Assembly (NCBI GenBank): GCA_963844945.1
Contig: CAWJQZ010000002.1
Location: 2,123-66,122, forward strand
Direction of reading: 5' to 3'
DNA from: an uncultured Chloroflexia bacterium
Lineage (GTDB): Bacteria; Chloroflexota; Limnocylindria; Limnocylindrales; CSP1-4
Length of the DNA stretch: 64,000 nt
The notes below the pieces were generated by a model. That model did not search any database and was not told the DNA's origin. It was given only the letters and a program-made list of their open reading frames with translations. Every line of letters starts with the position of its first letter. The stretch's first letter is position 1. The translations under genes and the position numbers were made by a program. Shown in pieces: positions 27,318 to 36,110 of the stretch.

Positions 27318-28088
27318 TCAGCCCGTGAGGCCCTCGATCAGCGCGCGCCCGTACCCCTTCGTGCCCACCTCGAGCACGCTGATGATCACGGTCCCATCGT
27401 CGCGAAGGACGTAGTAGACGGTCGCGCCCTCCTTGCAGGCCGTCGTCTGGACCGACCTGCCCGCGATCGTCTCGACATCCCGGGACGCGACTCCGCCGGC
27501 GGGCGCACACCCTGCCTCGTCGAACCCCGGGCGCCAGTCGCCGGCGAAGAACGCCGCCGCGTCCGTACCCGCCTTCACGTGGAGGACCGAGGCGATCGCG
27601 AGGTCGGAGACGTCCGGCGTGGAGACCTCGACCGCGGCGAACCCGTCGGCCTGGCGGCCGAGGGTCTGCGACGACCGAGCCGCCTCCTCCGTCGCGGTCG
27701 CGCGCTGCACGTCGTGGCCGTCCACCGTCGCCGGGAAGATGGCCGCGAGGGCGTCGTCGATGCGGACGGGCGGCGCCGGCGATCCGAGTGGGGGAGCGGA
27801 CGGCTCGAGGCCCGTGGGCGGCGCGTCCGACACTGCCGGGGAGCCCGGAACGGCCGAGGCGCGGAGGGCTGCCGTCGCGAGCGGCGTCGGTGCCGCGGCC
27901 AGGGTGGCGGCAGGCGACGCGACCGCGGTCGGTGTCGCCGGGGCCACGGTCATCGACGGGCCTGACGTATTCGATGCGCAGGCGGCGACCGCGATCGCGA
28001 GGGGGATGGCGAACGACGCGATGCGGGAGACGAGGCACGGGCCGGGCGCGCCGACCGCGCAGCTGCCGGGCAGACGGAGAGGGGGCAT
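27318..28088 (-). CDS. hypothetical lipoprotein
   Basis: Lipobox IAVAAC follows a hydrophobic stretch, then a Pro/Ala/Thr-rich linker and a C-terminal domain of about 150 aa. The start could be 28088 or 28136. Confidence 0.5.
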   Translation of the reverse strand: MPPLRLPGSCAVGAPGPCLVSRIASFAIPLAIAVAACASNTSGPSMTVAPATPTAVASPAATLAAAPTPLATAALRASAVPGSPAVSDAPPTGLEPSAPPLGSPAPPVRIDDALAAIFPATVDGHDVQRATATEEAARSSQTLGRQADGFAAVEVSTPDVSDLAIASVLHVKAGTDAAAFFAGDWRPGFDEAGCAPAGGVASRDVETIAGRSVQTTACKEGATVYYVLRDDGTVIISVLEVGTKGYGRALIEGLTG

Positions 28089-28190
28089 CGCCGGGACGGT
28101 AGCACGAAGCGGGCGAGAGGCCCGCCGGCGGGGCAAGGGACGGGCGAGCGGCCGTCGGCGTTCCGTGGCCGCGCCGTCCGCCGGGTCCCG

Positions 28191-29054
28191 CTACAGCTCC
28201 CGGCGGACCACCGGGAAGTGGGCGTCGTCCACCGCGACGGTGAAGCCCGCGCGGACCCAGAATGCCGCGTCGGCGGAGCTGGTCGCGTCGGGCGCCGCCC
28301 CGGCCTCGGGATACGCCTCGACCGCGGCGAACCCACGGCCGGCGAGCTCGGCGCAGACGTCCTCCACGAGCCGGAGCGCAAGGCCCTGCCCGCGCGCCTC
28401 GGCGGTCGTCGCGATGCACGTGATCACCGCGGGGAGCGGGGCGTCCGGCAGCTGCGGGTAGAGCTCACGCAGCCGCTGCGCGCGCGGGTACGCGGTCAGC
28501 GGGCCGAACTGCGCGTACGCCGCGGGCCGCTCGTCGACGAGCAGGACGCGCGCGTACGTGCCGAAGACGCGCAGGCCACGCGAGAGGAGCGCCAGCTTGC
28601 GCGGGAGGTCGGGGTCGAGAGCTGGGCTCGCGCCCGGGCGGCTCGACGCGCCGCGCGCTCCGCCGCCGGACGCCCCGCCGCCGGGCGCGAATGGGTTCGG
28701 GGATCCCGCCCCGCCGAGCGCGAACGGGTTGTCGGCGAGCGGATCGTCGTCGGGGTCGAGGGCGAACGGGTTGGCCTGGCGCGCGGGCGGCGCCGACGGC
28801 GTCACCCAGTCGGCCGGGATGGTCGCCGCGTCGAAGGTCGCGTCCTCCCCGTCGACCGCGAAGGGGTTCGCGCGCGGCCGTGGCGCCGCGGGGGCGGCGG
28901 ACGGCGGCTGCAGCCAGGACGCGCGGTGGGCACGCGAGCCGTTCGCGTTCTCCCAGTGATCGCAGGTCCGGTGGTCGAACGCCGGGTCCGCGCACGGCGG
29001 CACGAGGGCGAACGACGGAGCGTCGAGGACGTCGACGATGCGGATCGCGCTCAT
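28191..29054 (-). CDS. GNAT-family acetyltransferase with N-terminal Cys/His cluster and NPF-repeat insert
   Basis: PPCADPAFDHRTCDHWE, then four NPF motifs (ANPFAVD, ANPFALD, DNPFALG, PNPFAPG) in a disordered stretch of about 120 aa. The GNAT core follows: ATTAEARGQGLALRLVEDVCAELAGRGFAAVEAY. Confidence 0.65.
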   Translation of the reverse strand: MSAIRIVDVLDAPSFALVPPCADPAFDHRTCDHWENANGSRAHRASWLQPPSAAPAAPRPRANPFAVDGEDATFDAATIPADWVTPSAPPARQANPFALDPDDDPLADNPFALGGAGSPNPFAPGGGASGGGARGASSRPGASPALDPDLPRKLALLSRGLRVFGTYARVLLVDERPAAYAQFGPLTAYPRAQRLRELYPQLPDAPLPAVITCIATTAEARGQGLALRLVEDVCAELAGRGFAAVEAYPEAGAAPDATSSADAAFWVRAGFTVAVDDAHFPVVRREL

Positions 29055-29133
29055 GCGCCGAGTCTAGCGCGCGACATCCGGCACTGGCCGGCCGCCGCAC
29101 GTGCGCCAGAGTCGGCCCTGACGGAGGCTGAAG

Positions 29134-29328
29134 ATGCATGCTCGCGCGGCATCGCGTTGGATGGTCGGCAGCGTGGCGGTGGCGGTCGTCCTTGCGGTCG
29201 TGTTCGCGATCGCCTGGGGTGCCACGACGGAAGCCGAGCGCGGGGTCATCCTGCTCGTCGGCGCGATCGCCTCCGCGGCGGTCACCGTCGCCGGCTACTG
29301 GTGGGTGCGACGGCTCCACTGGAGCTGA
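29134..29328 (+). CDS. small 2-TM membrane protein (64 aa)
   Basis: Two hydrophobic helices (VGSVAVAVVLAVVFAIAW, VILLVGAIASAAVTVAGYWWV). Weak coding evidence only. Confidence 0.35.
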   Translation: MHARAASRWMVGSVAVAVVLAVVFAIAWGATTEAERGVILLVGAIASAAVTVAGYWWVRRLHWS

Positions 29329-29345
29329 GCGCGGATCGTCTCGCG

Positions 29346-29828
29346 CTACGACGTGGCCTTCGCCTCCTCCCGCGTCCCGCGGAACTGGCCGTCGTGCAGC
29401 GTCCGGTGGAGGCCGCCCATCGCCAGGAGCTCCTCGTGCGTCCCGCGCTCCACGATCCGCCCGCCGTCGATGACGAGGATCTGGGCGGATTCGCGGATCG
29501 TCGAGAGCCGGTGCGCGATGACGAAGCTCGTCCGCCCCTCCTGGAGCTTCGCGAGCGCTCCCTGGATGAGCTTCTCCGTTCGCGTGTCCACGCTCGAGGT
29601 CGCCTCGTCGAGGATGAGGATCCGCGGGTCGGCGACCATCGCGCGGGCGATCGTGAGCATCTGCCGCTGGCCGGCCGAGAGGTTGGCGCCTCGGTCGGTC
29701 AGGACCGTCTGGTACCCCTGCGGGAGGGCCGAGATGAAGTCGTGCGCGTTCGCCTGCTTGGCCGCCGCGATGCAGTCGTCGTCCGTCGCGCCTTCACGCG
29801 CGTACCGGAGGTTGTTCATCACGGCGCG
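29346..29828 (-). pseudogene. 5'-truncated ABC exporter ATPase remnant
   Basis: Only the distal NBD is present: signature LSAGQRQMLTIARA, Walker B ILILDEATS, H-loop FVIAHRLSTI. No Walker A or TMD. Homology stops at ~29828. Confidence 0.7.
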
Positions 29829-29976
29829 CCGACACCCCCGGCGGCACCCGGAGCGCTTCGCGGTGAGCGTAGGAAGCGTGCATCGGGCAGCGGAAGGTCC
29901 GTCCGGCAGGGTCGGAGGGCATCGATGTGCCCCGCCTCCTGCGGAGAACGGATGAGGACGGCTATCCTGCCCGGAC

Positions 29977-30711
29977 ATGCTCGCCTTCATCGACCAGATC
30001 GCCATCCCGTTCCTCGAGAACCTGTACGGCGCCCTCGGGTACCTCGGCGTCCTCATCGCGATGACGATCGAATCGGCGATGATCCCGCTCCCGTCGGAGC
30101 TGATCCTCCCCTTCGCCGGCTTCCTCGTCTCGGATCCGTCGCAGATCGAGCCGATCACCGGCCAGCCCTGGAACTACTGGATCGCGGTCATCGTGGCGAC
30201 GATCGGGAACACGCTGGGGTCGCTCATCGGGTACGCGATCGGCGCGTGGGGCGGACGCCCCTTCCTGGAGCGGTACGGGAAGTACATGCTCATCCGGCAC
30301 CACGAGATCGAGCTCGCCGAGCAGTGGTTCGCGCGATGGGGCTCGCCCACCGTCTTCTTCAGCCGGATGCTGCCGATCGTCCGGACGTTCATCAGCTTCC
30401 CCGCCGGCGTCGCCCGGATGCCGCTCGGGAAGTTCGTCCTCTTCTCCACGCTCGGCGCGCTGCCGTGGTCGATGGCGCTCGTCTGGGCGGGCGTCCAGCT
30501 CGGCGCGAACTGGGAGGAGATCCGGCACGCGCTGCAGCCGTTCGACCTGCTGATCGCCGTCGGCGTCGTGGGCCTGGCTGCCGTCTTCCTCATGTGGCGG
30601 CTCGGCTGGCCCGGGCTCGGGCGGGTCCGCAAGGGTGACAAGGGCGATGCGGCCGAGTCGGCGATGACGACGCCGGACGACCCGACCGGCGGGAGCGAGC
30701 TCGCGGACTGA
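29977..30711 (+). CDS. DedA/VTT-family membrane protein
   Basis: GYLGVLIAMTIESAMIPLPSELILPFAGFL and RMLPIVRTFISFPAG motifs typical of DedA. Confidence 0.8.
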   Translation: MLAFIDQIAIPFLENLYGALGYLGVLIAMTIESAMIPLPSELILPFAGFLVSDPSQIEPITGQPWNYWIAVIVATIGNTLGSLIGYAIGAWGGRPFLERYGKYMLIRHHEIELAEQWFARWGSPTVFFSRMLPIVRTFISFPAGVARMPLGKFVLFSTLGALPWSMALVWAGVQLGANWEEIRHALQPFDLLIAVGVVGLAAVFLMWRLGWPGLGRVRKGDKGDAAESAMTTPDDPTGGSELAD

Positions 30712-31401
30712 CTAGCCCCAGGGGACCTCGCCGCGCCGGCGAAGGTGCGCGGTCTCGTTGAGGAGGAGCAGCTCGGCGCCGTCCGGGTCCGCGCCGTCCG
30801 GCCACTGGAGGACCGTGAGGCTGCACGGGTCGAGCCGGAAACGGCGGCGGAACTCCCGGGTCGGCTCGCCGAGCGCGACCGCGCAGAGGATGCGCCCGAC
30901 GGAGCTGTGCGAGACGACGAGGATCCGGCGGCCGTCGTCCCCGCCCACCGGACCGGACGCCTGCTGGGGCCGGCCGAGCGGCGACCCCGCGTCGAGGACG
31001 TCGCGGAGGAACGCGCGGAGACGGCGGGCCACGTCGTCGCCCGACTCCCCGCCCGGGCACCGGAGCGAGCCCGGGTCGTGCTCCCACTTGGTCCGGAAGC
31101 CCGGATGGATCGCGCGGACCTCCTCGTACGTGTGGCCCTCCCACTCGCCGTAGTCCATCTCGGTCAGGCGCGCGTCGCCGACGACCTGGCGGCCGGCGGC
31201 CACGATCTCGGCGGTCTCGCGCGCGCGGACCAGCGGGCTCGTGTAGATGCGGTCGAAGGCGATCCCGTCCAGGCGGCGCGTGAGCGCGTGGGCCTGGCGC
31301 AGCCCCTGCGTGGAGAGCGGGACATCGATCCTCTGGCCGATGTGCTGCTCCGGCACCGAGCGGGTGGTGAGGCCGTGTCTCGTGACGACGAGGGTGAGCA
31401 C
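30712..31401 (-). CDS. histidine phosphatase family (phosphoglycerate mutase-like)
   Basis: GTG 31399-31401 gives MLTLVVTRHG (RHG motif). TAGACT lies 7 nt upstream, so the mRNA may be leaderless. SPLVRARETA motif also present. Confidence 0.7.
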   Translation of the reverse strand: MLTLVVTRHGLTTRSVPEQHIGQRIDVPLSTQGLRQAHALTRRLDGIAFDRIYTSPLVRARETAEIVAAGRQVVGDARLTEMDYGEWEGHTYEEVRAIHPGFRTKWEHDPGSLRCPGGESGDDVARRLRAFLRDVLDAGSPLGRPQQASGPVGGDDGRRILVVSHSSVGRILCAVALGEPTREFRRRFRLDPCSLTVLQWPDGADPDGAELLLLNETAHLRRRGEVPWG

Positions 31402-31453
31402 GACGTGGAGTCTAGCGTGCGAGAATGCCCGGGAGACGCACTGGAGGCCACAC

Positions 31454-31867
31454 ATGTCCGAGGAGCCCACCGGACGGGTCCCGGGTCCCGACGCTGAGTC
31501 GAACGGCGCCGAGGGGTTCGCCGTCGCCGAGGAGATCGCGCGCAGCGAGGCCCTCGCCCAGGCGAGCGCGCCGCCCGCACCGGACGCTCACGCCGAGCAC
31601 GCCGCGGAGCACGCGGCCGCGGTCGCGGACCACAGCACCGACCCGAACCCCGACGACGACGTGGAGGGCCTCCCCCACGCCACCGACGGCCACGATGCGC
31701 ACGACGCGCACGGCGCCGACGCGGGCCACGGGGATGGGCACGGCCACGGCGGGCCGGCGCTCGGACCCATCGACTGGAAGGCGTACGGCGCCGGCCTTGC
31801 GGGCGCGGCCCTGGGCCTGGTCGTCGCGGCGGTCCTCGCGGTCACCACCGGATACATCGTCCTGTGA
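31454..31867 (+). CDS. His/Asp-rich tail-anchored membrane protein
   Basis: GGAGG RBS. About 14 His in 55 aa (HAEHAAEHAA...DGHDAHDAHGADAGHGDGHGHGG), then one C-terminal TM (GLAGAALGLVVAAVLAVTTGYIVL). Confidence 0.5.
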   Translation: MSEEPTGRVPGPDAESNGAEGFAVAEEIARSEALAQASAPPAPDAHAEHAAEHAAAVADHSTDPNPDDDVEGLPHATDGHDAHDAHGADAGHGDGHGHGGPALGPIDWKAYGAGLAGAALGLVVAAVLAVTTGYIVL

Positions 31868-32394
31868 CCGGCGACGGGGTCCGCACGGGCGCGGACGGGA
31901 CCCCGGCCGGTGCCGACGACACCCCGACGGGCGCGGAGATCCTCGACGACCTCCTCGACGAGCTCCCGCACCTGACGGACGGCGACATCATGGCGCTCGC
32001 CGCGTTCCGGTCCGGCGAGGATGCGGCCGCCCTGTCGGCCGCGCGCGAGCGCGCCGAGGCCGCGGTCTCGGCCGCAGGGCGCGACGCCGACCTCGGGAAG
32101 GCACGCGACAAGGTCGCCCGGTGGGCGGAGAAGGTCGGCGGCGGCGAGGTCTCCGGCTTCCTCGGCGGGACGGACGGCATGCGGCGGCTCGACCAGCGGA
32201 TGGACGCGATCCCGACCGTGCTCGACGCGGCGCTCGCCTTCGTGGGCGCGGGCGTCGTGGACGATGCGGACGTCGCGACGCTCACCGCGGCGTGGAACGA
32301 GCTGGAGGCCGGCGACGAGGACGAGCAGGACCTCGATGCGCTCGCCGAGGGGGCGTCGGCCGACCCGGACGACCCGAGCGGCGCGCGCCTCTAG
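31864..32394 (+). CDS. hypothetical acidic protein
   Basis: GTGA-coupled to the previous gene. 176 aa, Asp/Glu/Ala-rich, no recognisable motif. Confidence 0.4.
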   Translation: MTGDGVRTGADGTPAGADDTPTGAEILDDLLDELPHLTDGDIMALAAFRSGEDAAALSAARERAEAAVSAAGRDADLGKARDKVARWAEKVGGGEVSGFLGGTDGMRRLDQRMDAIPTVLDAALAFVGAGVVDDADVATLTAAWNELEAGDEDEQDLDALAEGASADPDDPSGARL

Positions 32395-32420
32395 CCGCGG
32401 CCGGCGCGGCGCGCCGCGGC
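32394..32420. terminator. hairpin between convergent genes
   Basis: GCCGCGG / CCGCGGC 7-bp arms with a 13-nt GC loop. Confidence 0.3.
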
Positions 32421-32437
32421 GCGCGCATCCTCCGCGG

Positions 32438-33373
32438 TCAGCCGGCCTTCTCCGGCCGGGCGTCGTGTCGCAGGTAGATGAGCCAGTAGATCCCGGCGAC
32501 GAGCACGGCTCCGCCCACGATGTTCCCGAGTGTCACCGGAACGAGGTTCGAGACGAAACCGGGCCAGTCGAGGGCCGGATAGTCGGCGGGCACGTGGTCG
32601 ATCGACGTCCAGAAGGCGTCGGGCGCGAGCTGCTTGATCGCGATCCCCATCGGGATGAAGTACATGTTCGCGATGCTGTGCTCGAACCCGATCGCGACGA
32701 ACGCGGCGATGGGCGGGACGATGGCCAGGATCCGGTCCGTCGTGGTATGGGCGGAGTAGGTGAGCCAGACGGCGAGGCAGACGAGCGCGTTGCAGAGGAT
32801 CCCGAGGGCGAACGCCTCGACGAACCCGTAGCCCGCCTTGGCGTTGGCGGTCGAGAGCGCCGCCGCCCCCACCGCGCCTCCGGCGAACCGGTACTGGCCG
32901 GCGACGAAGACGAGCGCGACCGTCCCGATCGCCCCGACGAAGTTCCCGACGTAGACGATCGACCAGTTCCGGAGCATCCGCAGCGTGCTGACGCGGCGTG
33001 ACGCCCAGGCCATGACGATCAGGTTGTTGCCGGTGAAGAGCTCGGCCCCGGCGACGATCACGAGGATCAGGCCGACGGAGAACGCGAGCCCGGCGAGCAG
33101 GCGGGTGATCCCGTAGGGGATCGCGCCAGAGAGCGAGCTCCCGGTCACCGAGTCGGTGAGGCTGACGGCTCCGGCGCCGGTGGTCGTCGCGAAACAGGCG
33201 CCGATCCCGATGAACGCGCCTGCCAGGACGGAGAGCGCGAAGGTCGAGAGCAGGTCGAGGCCGGCCTTCTTCACGCCGATGTCGCTGGCCTGGTGGGCCA
33301 TCTCGGCGGGGATGAGGGCGTCGATCTTCACGGTCGGCGCCCCCGGCGCGGACGCGCTCCCCTGGGTGGGCAT
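32438..33373 (-). CDS. formate/nitrite transporter family protein (FocA-like)
   Basis: 311 aa, 6 TM, FNT-like throughout (ALSVLAGAFIGIGA..., FEHSIANMYFIP). First gene upstream is fhs. Confidence 0.8.
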   Translation of the reverse strand: MPTQGSASAPGAPTVKIDALIPAEMAHQASDIGVKKAGLDLLSTFALSVLAGAFIGIGACFATTTGAGAVSLTDSVTGSSLSGAIPYGITRLLAGLAFSVGLILVIVAGAELFTGNNLIVMAWASRRVSTLRMLRNWSIVYVGNFVGAIGTVALVFVAGQYRFAGGAVGAAALSTANAKAGYGFVEAFALGILCNALVCLAVWLTYSAHTTTDRILAIVPPIAAFVAIGFEHSIANMYFIPMGIAIKQLAPDAFWTSIDHVPADYPALDWPGFVSNLVPVTLGNIVGGAVLVAGIYWLIYLRHDARPEKAG

Positions 33374-33385
33374 GGTGGTCCCTCC

Positions 33386-35092
33386 CTAGAACAGCCCGAC
33401 GATCTCCCCGTCCGCGTCGATGTCGATCGATTCCCCGGCGGGCTTCGACGGGAGCCCGGGCATCGTCCGCATGTCGCCGGCGAGCGGGTAGATGAAGCCG
33501 GCGCCGGCGGACAGCCGGACGTCGCGGACCGGGAAGCGGAACCCGGTCGGACGCCCCTTCAGCGACGCGTCATGGGAGAGCGAGAGATGGGTCTTGGCCA
33601 TGCACACCGGGAGGTGTCCGTAGCCGAGCGACTCGTAGTCGGCGAGCCGCTTGGACGCCCCCGGGGTGAAGTCCACGCCCGCCGCGCCGTAGATCTCACG
33701 GGCGATCGTCTCGACCTTCTCGCGGAGCGGCATCTCGTCCGGGTAGAGGAAGCGGAAGTCCGGCGCACCCTCCTCCGCAGCGGCCCAGACCGCGCGGGCG
33801 AGGTCCTCGGCACCGGCTCCGCCCTCGGCGAAGTTCCGGGTCACGACGGCATCACGGGCGCCGGCGGCGACCGACACCTCGCGGATCGCCGCGTACTCGG
33901 CGTCCGTGTCCGTCGGGAACGCGTTCATCGCGACGACGACCGGGACGTTGTACTTGCGGACGATCTCGATGTGCGCCGCGAGGTTCTCGGCGCCCTTGCG
34001 GACCGCCTCGACGTTCTCCTGGGTGAGCGCAGGGTCGAGCGGCTTCCCTGCGACGATCCTTCCGACACCCCCGTGCATCTTCAGCGCACGGACCGTGGCG
34101 ACGATGACCGCGGCGTCGGGCCGGAGGCCCGATGCGCGGCACTTGATGTCGAAGAACTTCTCGGCGCCCATGTCCGCGCCGAAGCCGGCCTCGGTGCACA
34201 CGACGTCGCTCGTGGCGAGCGCGACGCGGTCGGCGAGGATGCTGTTGTTCCCGTGGGCGATGTTCGCGAACGGACCGCAGTGGACGAAGGCCGGCCCGCC
34301 CTCGAGGGTCTGGAGCAGGTTCGGCTCGATCGCATCCTTCAGGAGGACCGCCATCGCGCCGGCGACCTTCAGGTCCTCGGCCGTGACGGGCCTGCCGTCA
34401 TGCGTGCGGGCGAGGACGACGCGCCCGAGCCGGTCGCGCAGGTCGCGGAGGTCGCTGGCGAGCGCGAGGATCGCCATCACCTCGGAGGCGACGGTGATGA
34501 ACCACTCCGTCTCGCGCGGGATCCCATCCTCCTTGCCGCCGAGCCCGATCACGGCATGGCGGAGGGCACGGTCGCTGATGTCCACGACGTGCGGCCAGAG
34601 GATCTGGTGGACGTCGATGCCGTGCGGGTTCCCGTGGTGGAGGCTGTTGTCGATGAAGGCCGCCGCCAGGTTGTGCGCCGCGCTGATCGCGTGGACGTCG
34701 CCGGTCAGGTGGAGGTTGAAGTCCTCCATCGGGATGATCTGGCTGTAGCCGCCGCCGGCGGCCCCGCCCTTGATCCCGAAGACCGGACCGAGCGAAGGCT
34801 GGCGGATGGCCACCGTCGCCCGCTTCCCGATCCGGTTGAGGCCCTGGGCGAGCCCGACCGTCGTCGTGGTCTTCCCCTCGCCGAGCGGCGTGGGGGTGAT
34901 GGCCGTCACGAGCACGTACTTGCCGCGGCGCCCCTCCGCCTCCACCCGCTTGAGGCCCTCGAGCGTCACCTTCGCCTTCTTCGAGCCGTACAGCTCGATC
35001 TCGTCGTCGCGGAGGCCCAGGTCACGGGCGACATCGACGATGGGGCGGGGCGTGACGGACCGGGCGATCTCGAGGTCGGACGGGAAGCTCAT
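33386..35092 (-). CDS. fhs: formate--tetrahydrofolate ligase
   Basis: 568 aa. PTPLGEGKTTTTVGLAQGL P-loop and full-length FTHFS similarity. Confidence 0.95.
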   Translation of the reverse strand: MSFPSDLEIARSVTPRPIVDVARDLGLRDDEIELYGSKKAKVTLEGLKRVEAEGRRGKYVLVTAITPTPLGEGKTTTTVGLAQGLNRIGKRATVAIRQPSLGPVFGIKGGAAGGGYSQIIPMEDFNLHLTGDVHAISAAHNLAAAFIDNSLHHGNPHGIDVHQILWPHVVDISDRALRHAVIGLGGKEDGIPRETEWFITVASEVMAILALASDLRDLRDRLGRVVLARTHDGRPVTAEDLKVAGAMAVLLKDAIEPNLLQTLEGGPAFVHCGPFANIAHGNNSILADRVALATSDVVCTEAGFGADMGAEKFFDIKCRASGLRPDAAVIVATVRALKMHGGVGRIVAGKPLDPALTQENVEAVRKGAENLAAHIEIVRKYNVPVVVAMNAFPTDTDAEYAAIREVSVAAGARDAVVTRNFAEGGAGAEDLARAVWAAAEEGAPDFRFLYPDEMPLREKVETIAREIYGAAGVDFTPGASKRLADYESLGYGHLPVCMAKTHLSLSHDASLKGRPTGFRFPVRDVRLSAGAGFIYPLAGDMRTMPGLPSKPAGESIDIDADGEIVGLF

Positions 35093-35192
35093 CAGGTGCC
35101 TCCAGGGCGGTTGGCGGCCGGCCGGTGCCGGGCGCTGGGGTGTGGGGCGCGGGCCACGTCTCCCCGTGTGCCCGGGCTCCGGTCGCGGTACG

Positions 35193-36110
35193 TCAGAGGA
35201 ACGAGCGGGTGGTCGCCACGCGCCGCCCGTGGCGGCCGCGCGGCTCGGAGGCGGCCTGACGTTCGGCCGCCGCGATCAGCTGGGTGAGGAGGATCGCGTT
35301 GGTGACCGGGCCCACCCCGCCCGGGACGGGCGTGATCGCCGAGACGACCTCGCGGGCCGACGCCTGGTCCACGTCGCCGACGAGCTCGCCGTCCACGACG
35401 TTGATGCCGACGTCCACGACGACGGCCCCTCGCTTGAGCATGGACCCGGTGATGAAGTTCGGCCGGCCGATGGCGGCGACCACGACGTCGGCCGTGCGCA
35501 GCACGCCGCGGAGGTCCGCCGTCCGCGAGTGCGTGACGGTGACGGTGGCATCGTGGCGCAGCAGGAGGAGGGCCGCCGGCTTCCCGACGACGTTGGACCG
35601 ACCGACGACGACCGCCCGCTTCCCCCGCAGCTCGATGCCGGAGCGGACGAGGAGCTCCACGGCGGCCCGAGCCGTCGCCGGCTGGAAGCCCTCCTTCCCG
35701 AGGGAGAGGAGCCCCGCGTTGCGCGGAGTGATCCCGTCGATGTCCTTGCCGGGGTCGAGGGTCTGCACCACCGTCTCGAGGTCGAGGTGCCGGGGAAGCG
35801 GCATCTGGACGATGACGCCGTTGATGAGCGGATCGTCGTTGAGGTCCTGGAGGACCCCGCGGAGCCGGGCGTTCGAACAGCGCCCGGAGACCTCGACGAG
35901 CCTGCCCTGCACGCCGACGTTCCGGCAGCTGCGGAGGATCTGCTGGAGGTAGACCGCCGACGGCGCGTCCTTCCCCACGAGGACGACGGCGAGCGACGGG
36001 CGGTATCCCTGCCGCCGCGTGTACGCGGCGACGGCGTCCTTGACGCCCGCGCGGATCTCCGCCGCGATCGGTGCGCCCGTCAGCAGCCTCGGCCCCCCTC
36101 GCGGGCTCAT
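35193..36110 (-). CDS. folD: bifunctional methylenetetrahydrofolate dehydrogenase/methenyl-THF cyclohydrolase
   Basis: 305 aa, FolD-like (VVLVGKDAPSAVYL, GRSNVVGKPAALLL, TPVPGGVGPVT). Confidence 0.9.
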   Translation of the reverse strand: MSPRGGPRLLTGAPIAAEIRAGVKDAVAAYTRRQGYRPSLAVVLVGKDAPSAVYLQQILRSCRNVGVQGRLVEVSGRCSNARLRGVLQDLNDDPLINGVIVQMPLPRHLDLETVVQTLDPGKDIDGITPRNAGLLSLGKEGFQPATARAAVELLVRSGIELRGKRAVVVGRSNVVGKPAALLLLRHDATVTVTHSRTADLRGVLRTADVVVAAIGRPNFITGSMLKRGAVVVDVGINVVDGELVGDVDQASAREVVSAITPVPGGVGPVTNAILLTQLIAAAERQAASEPRGRHGRRVATTRSFL

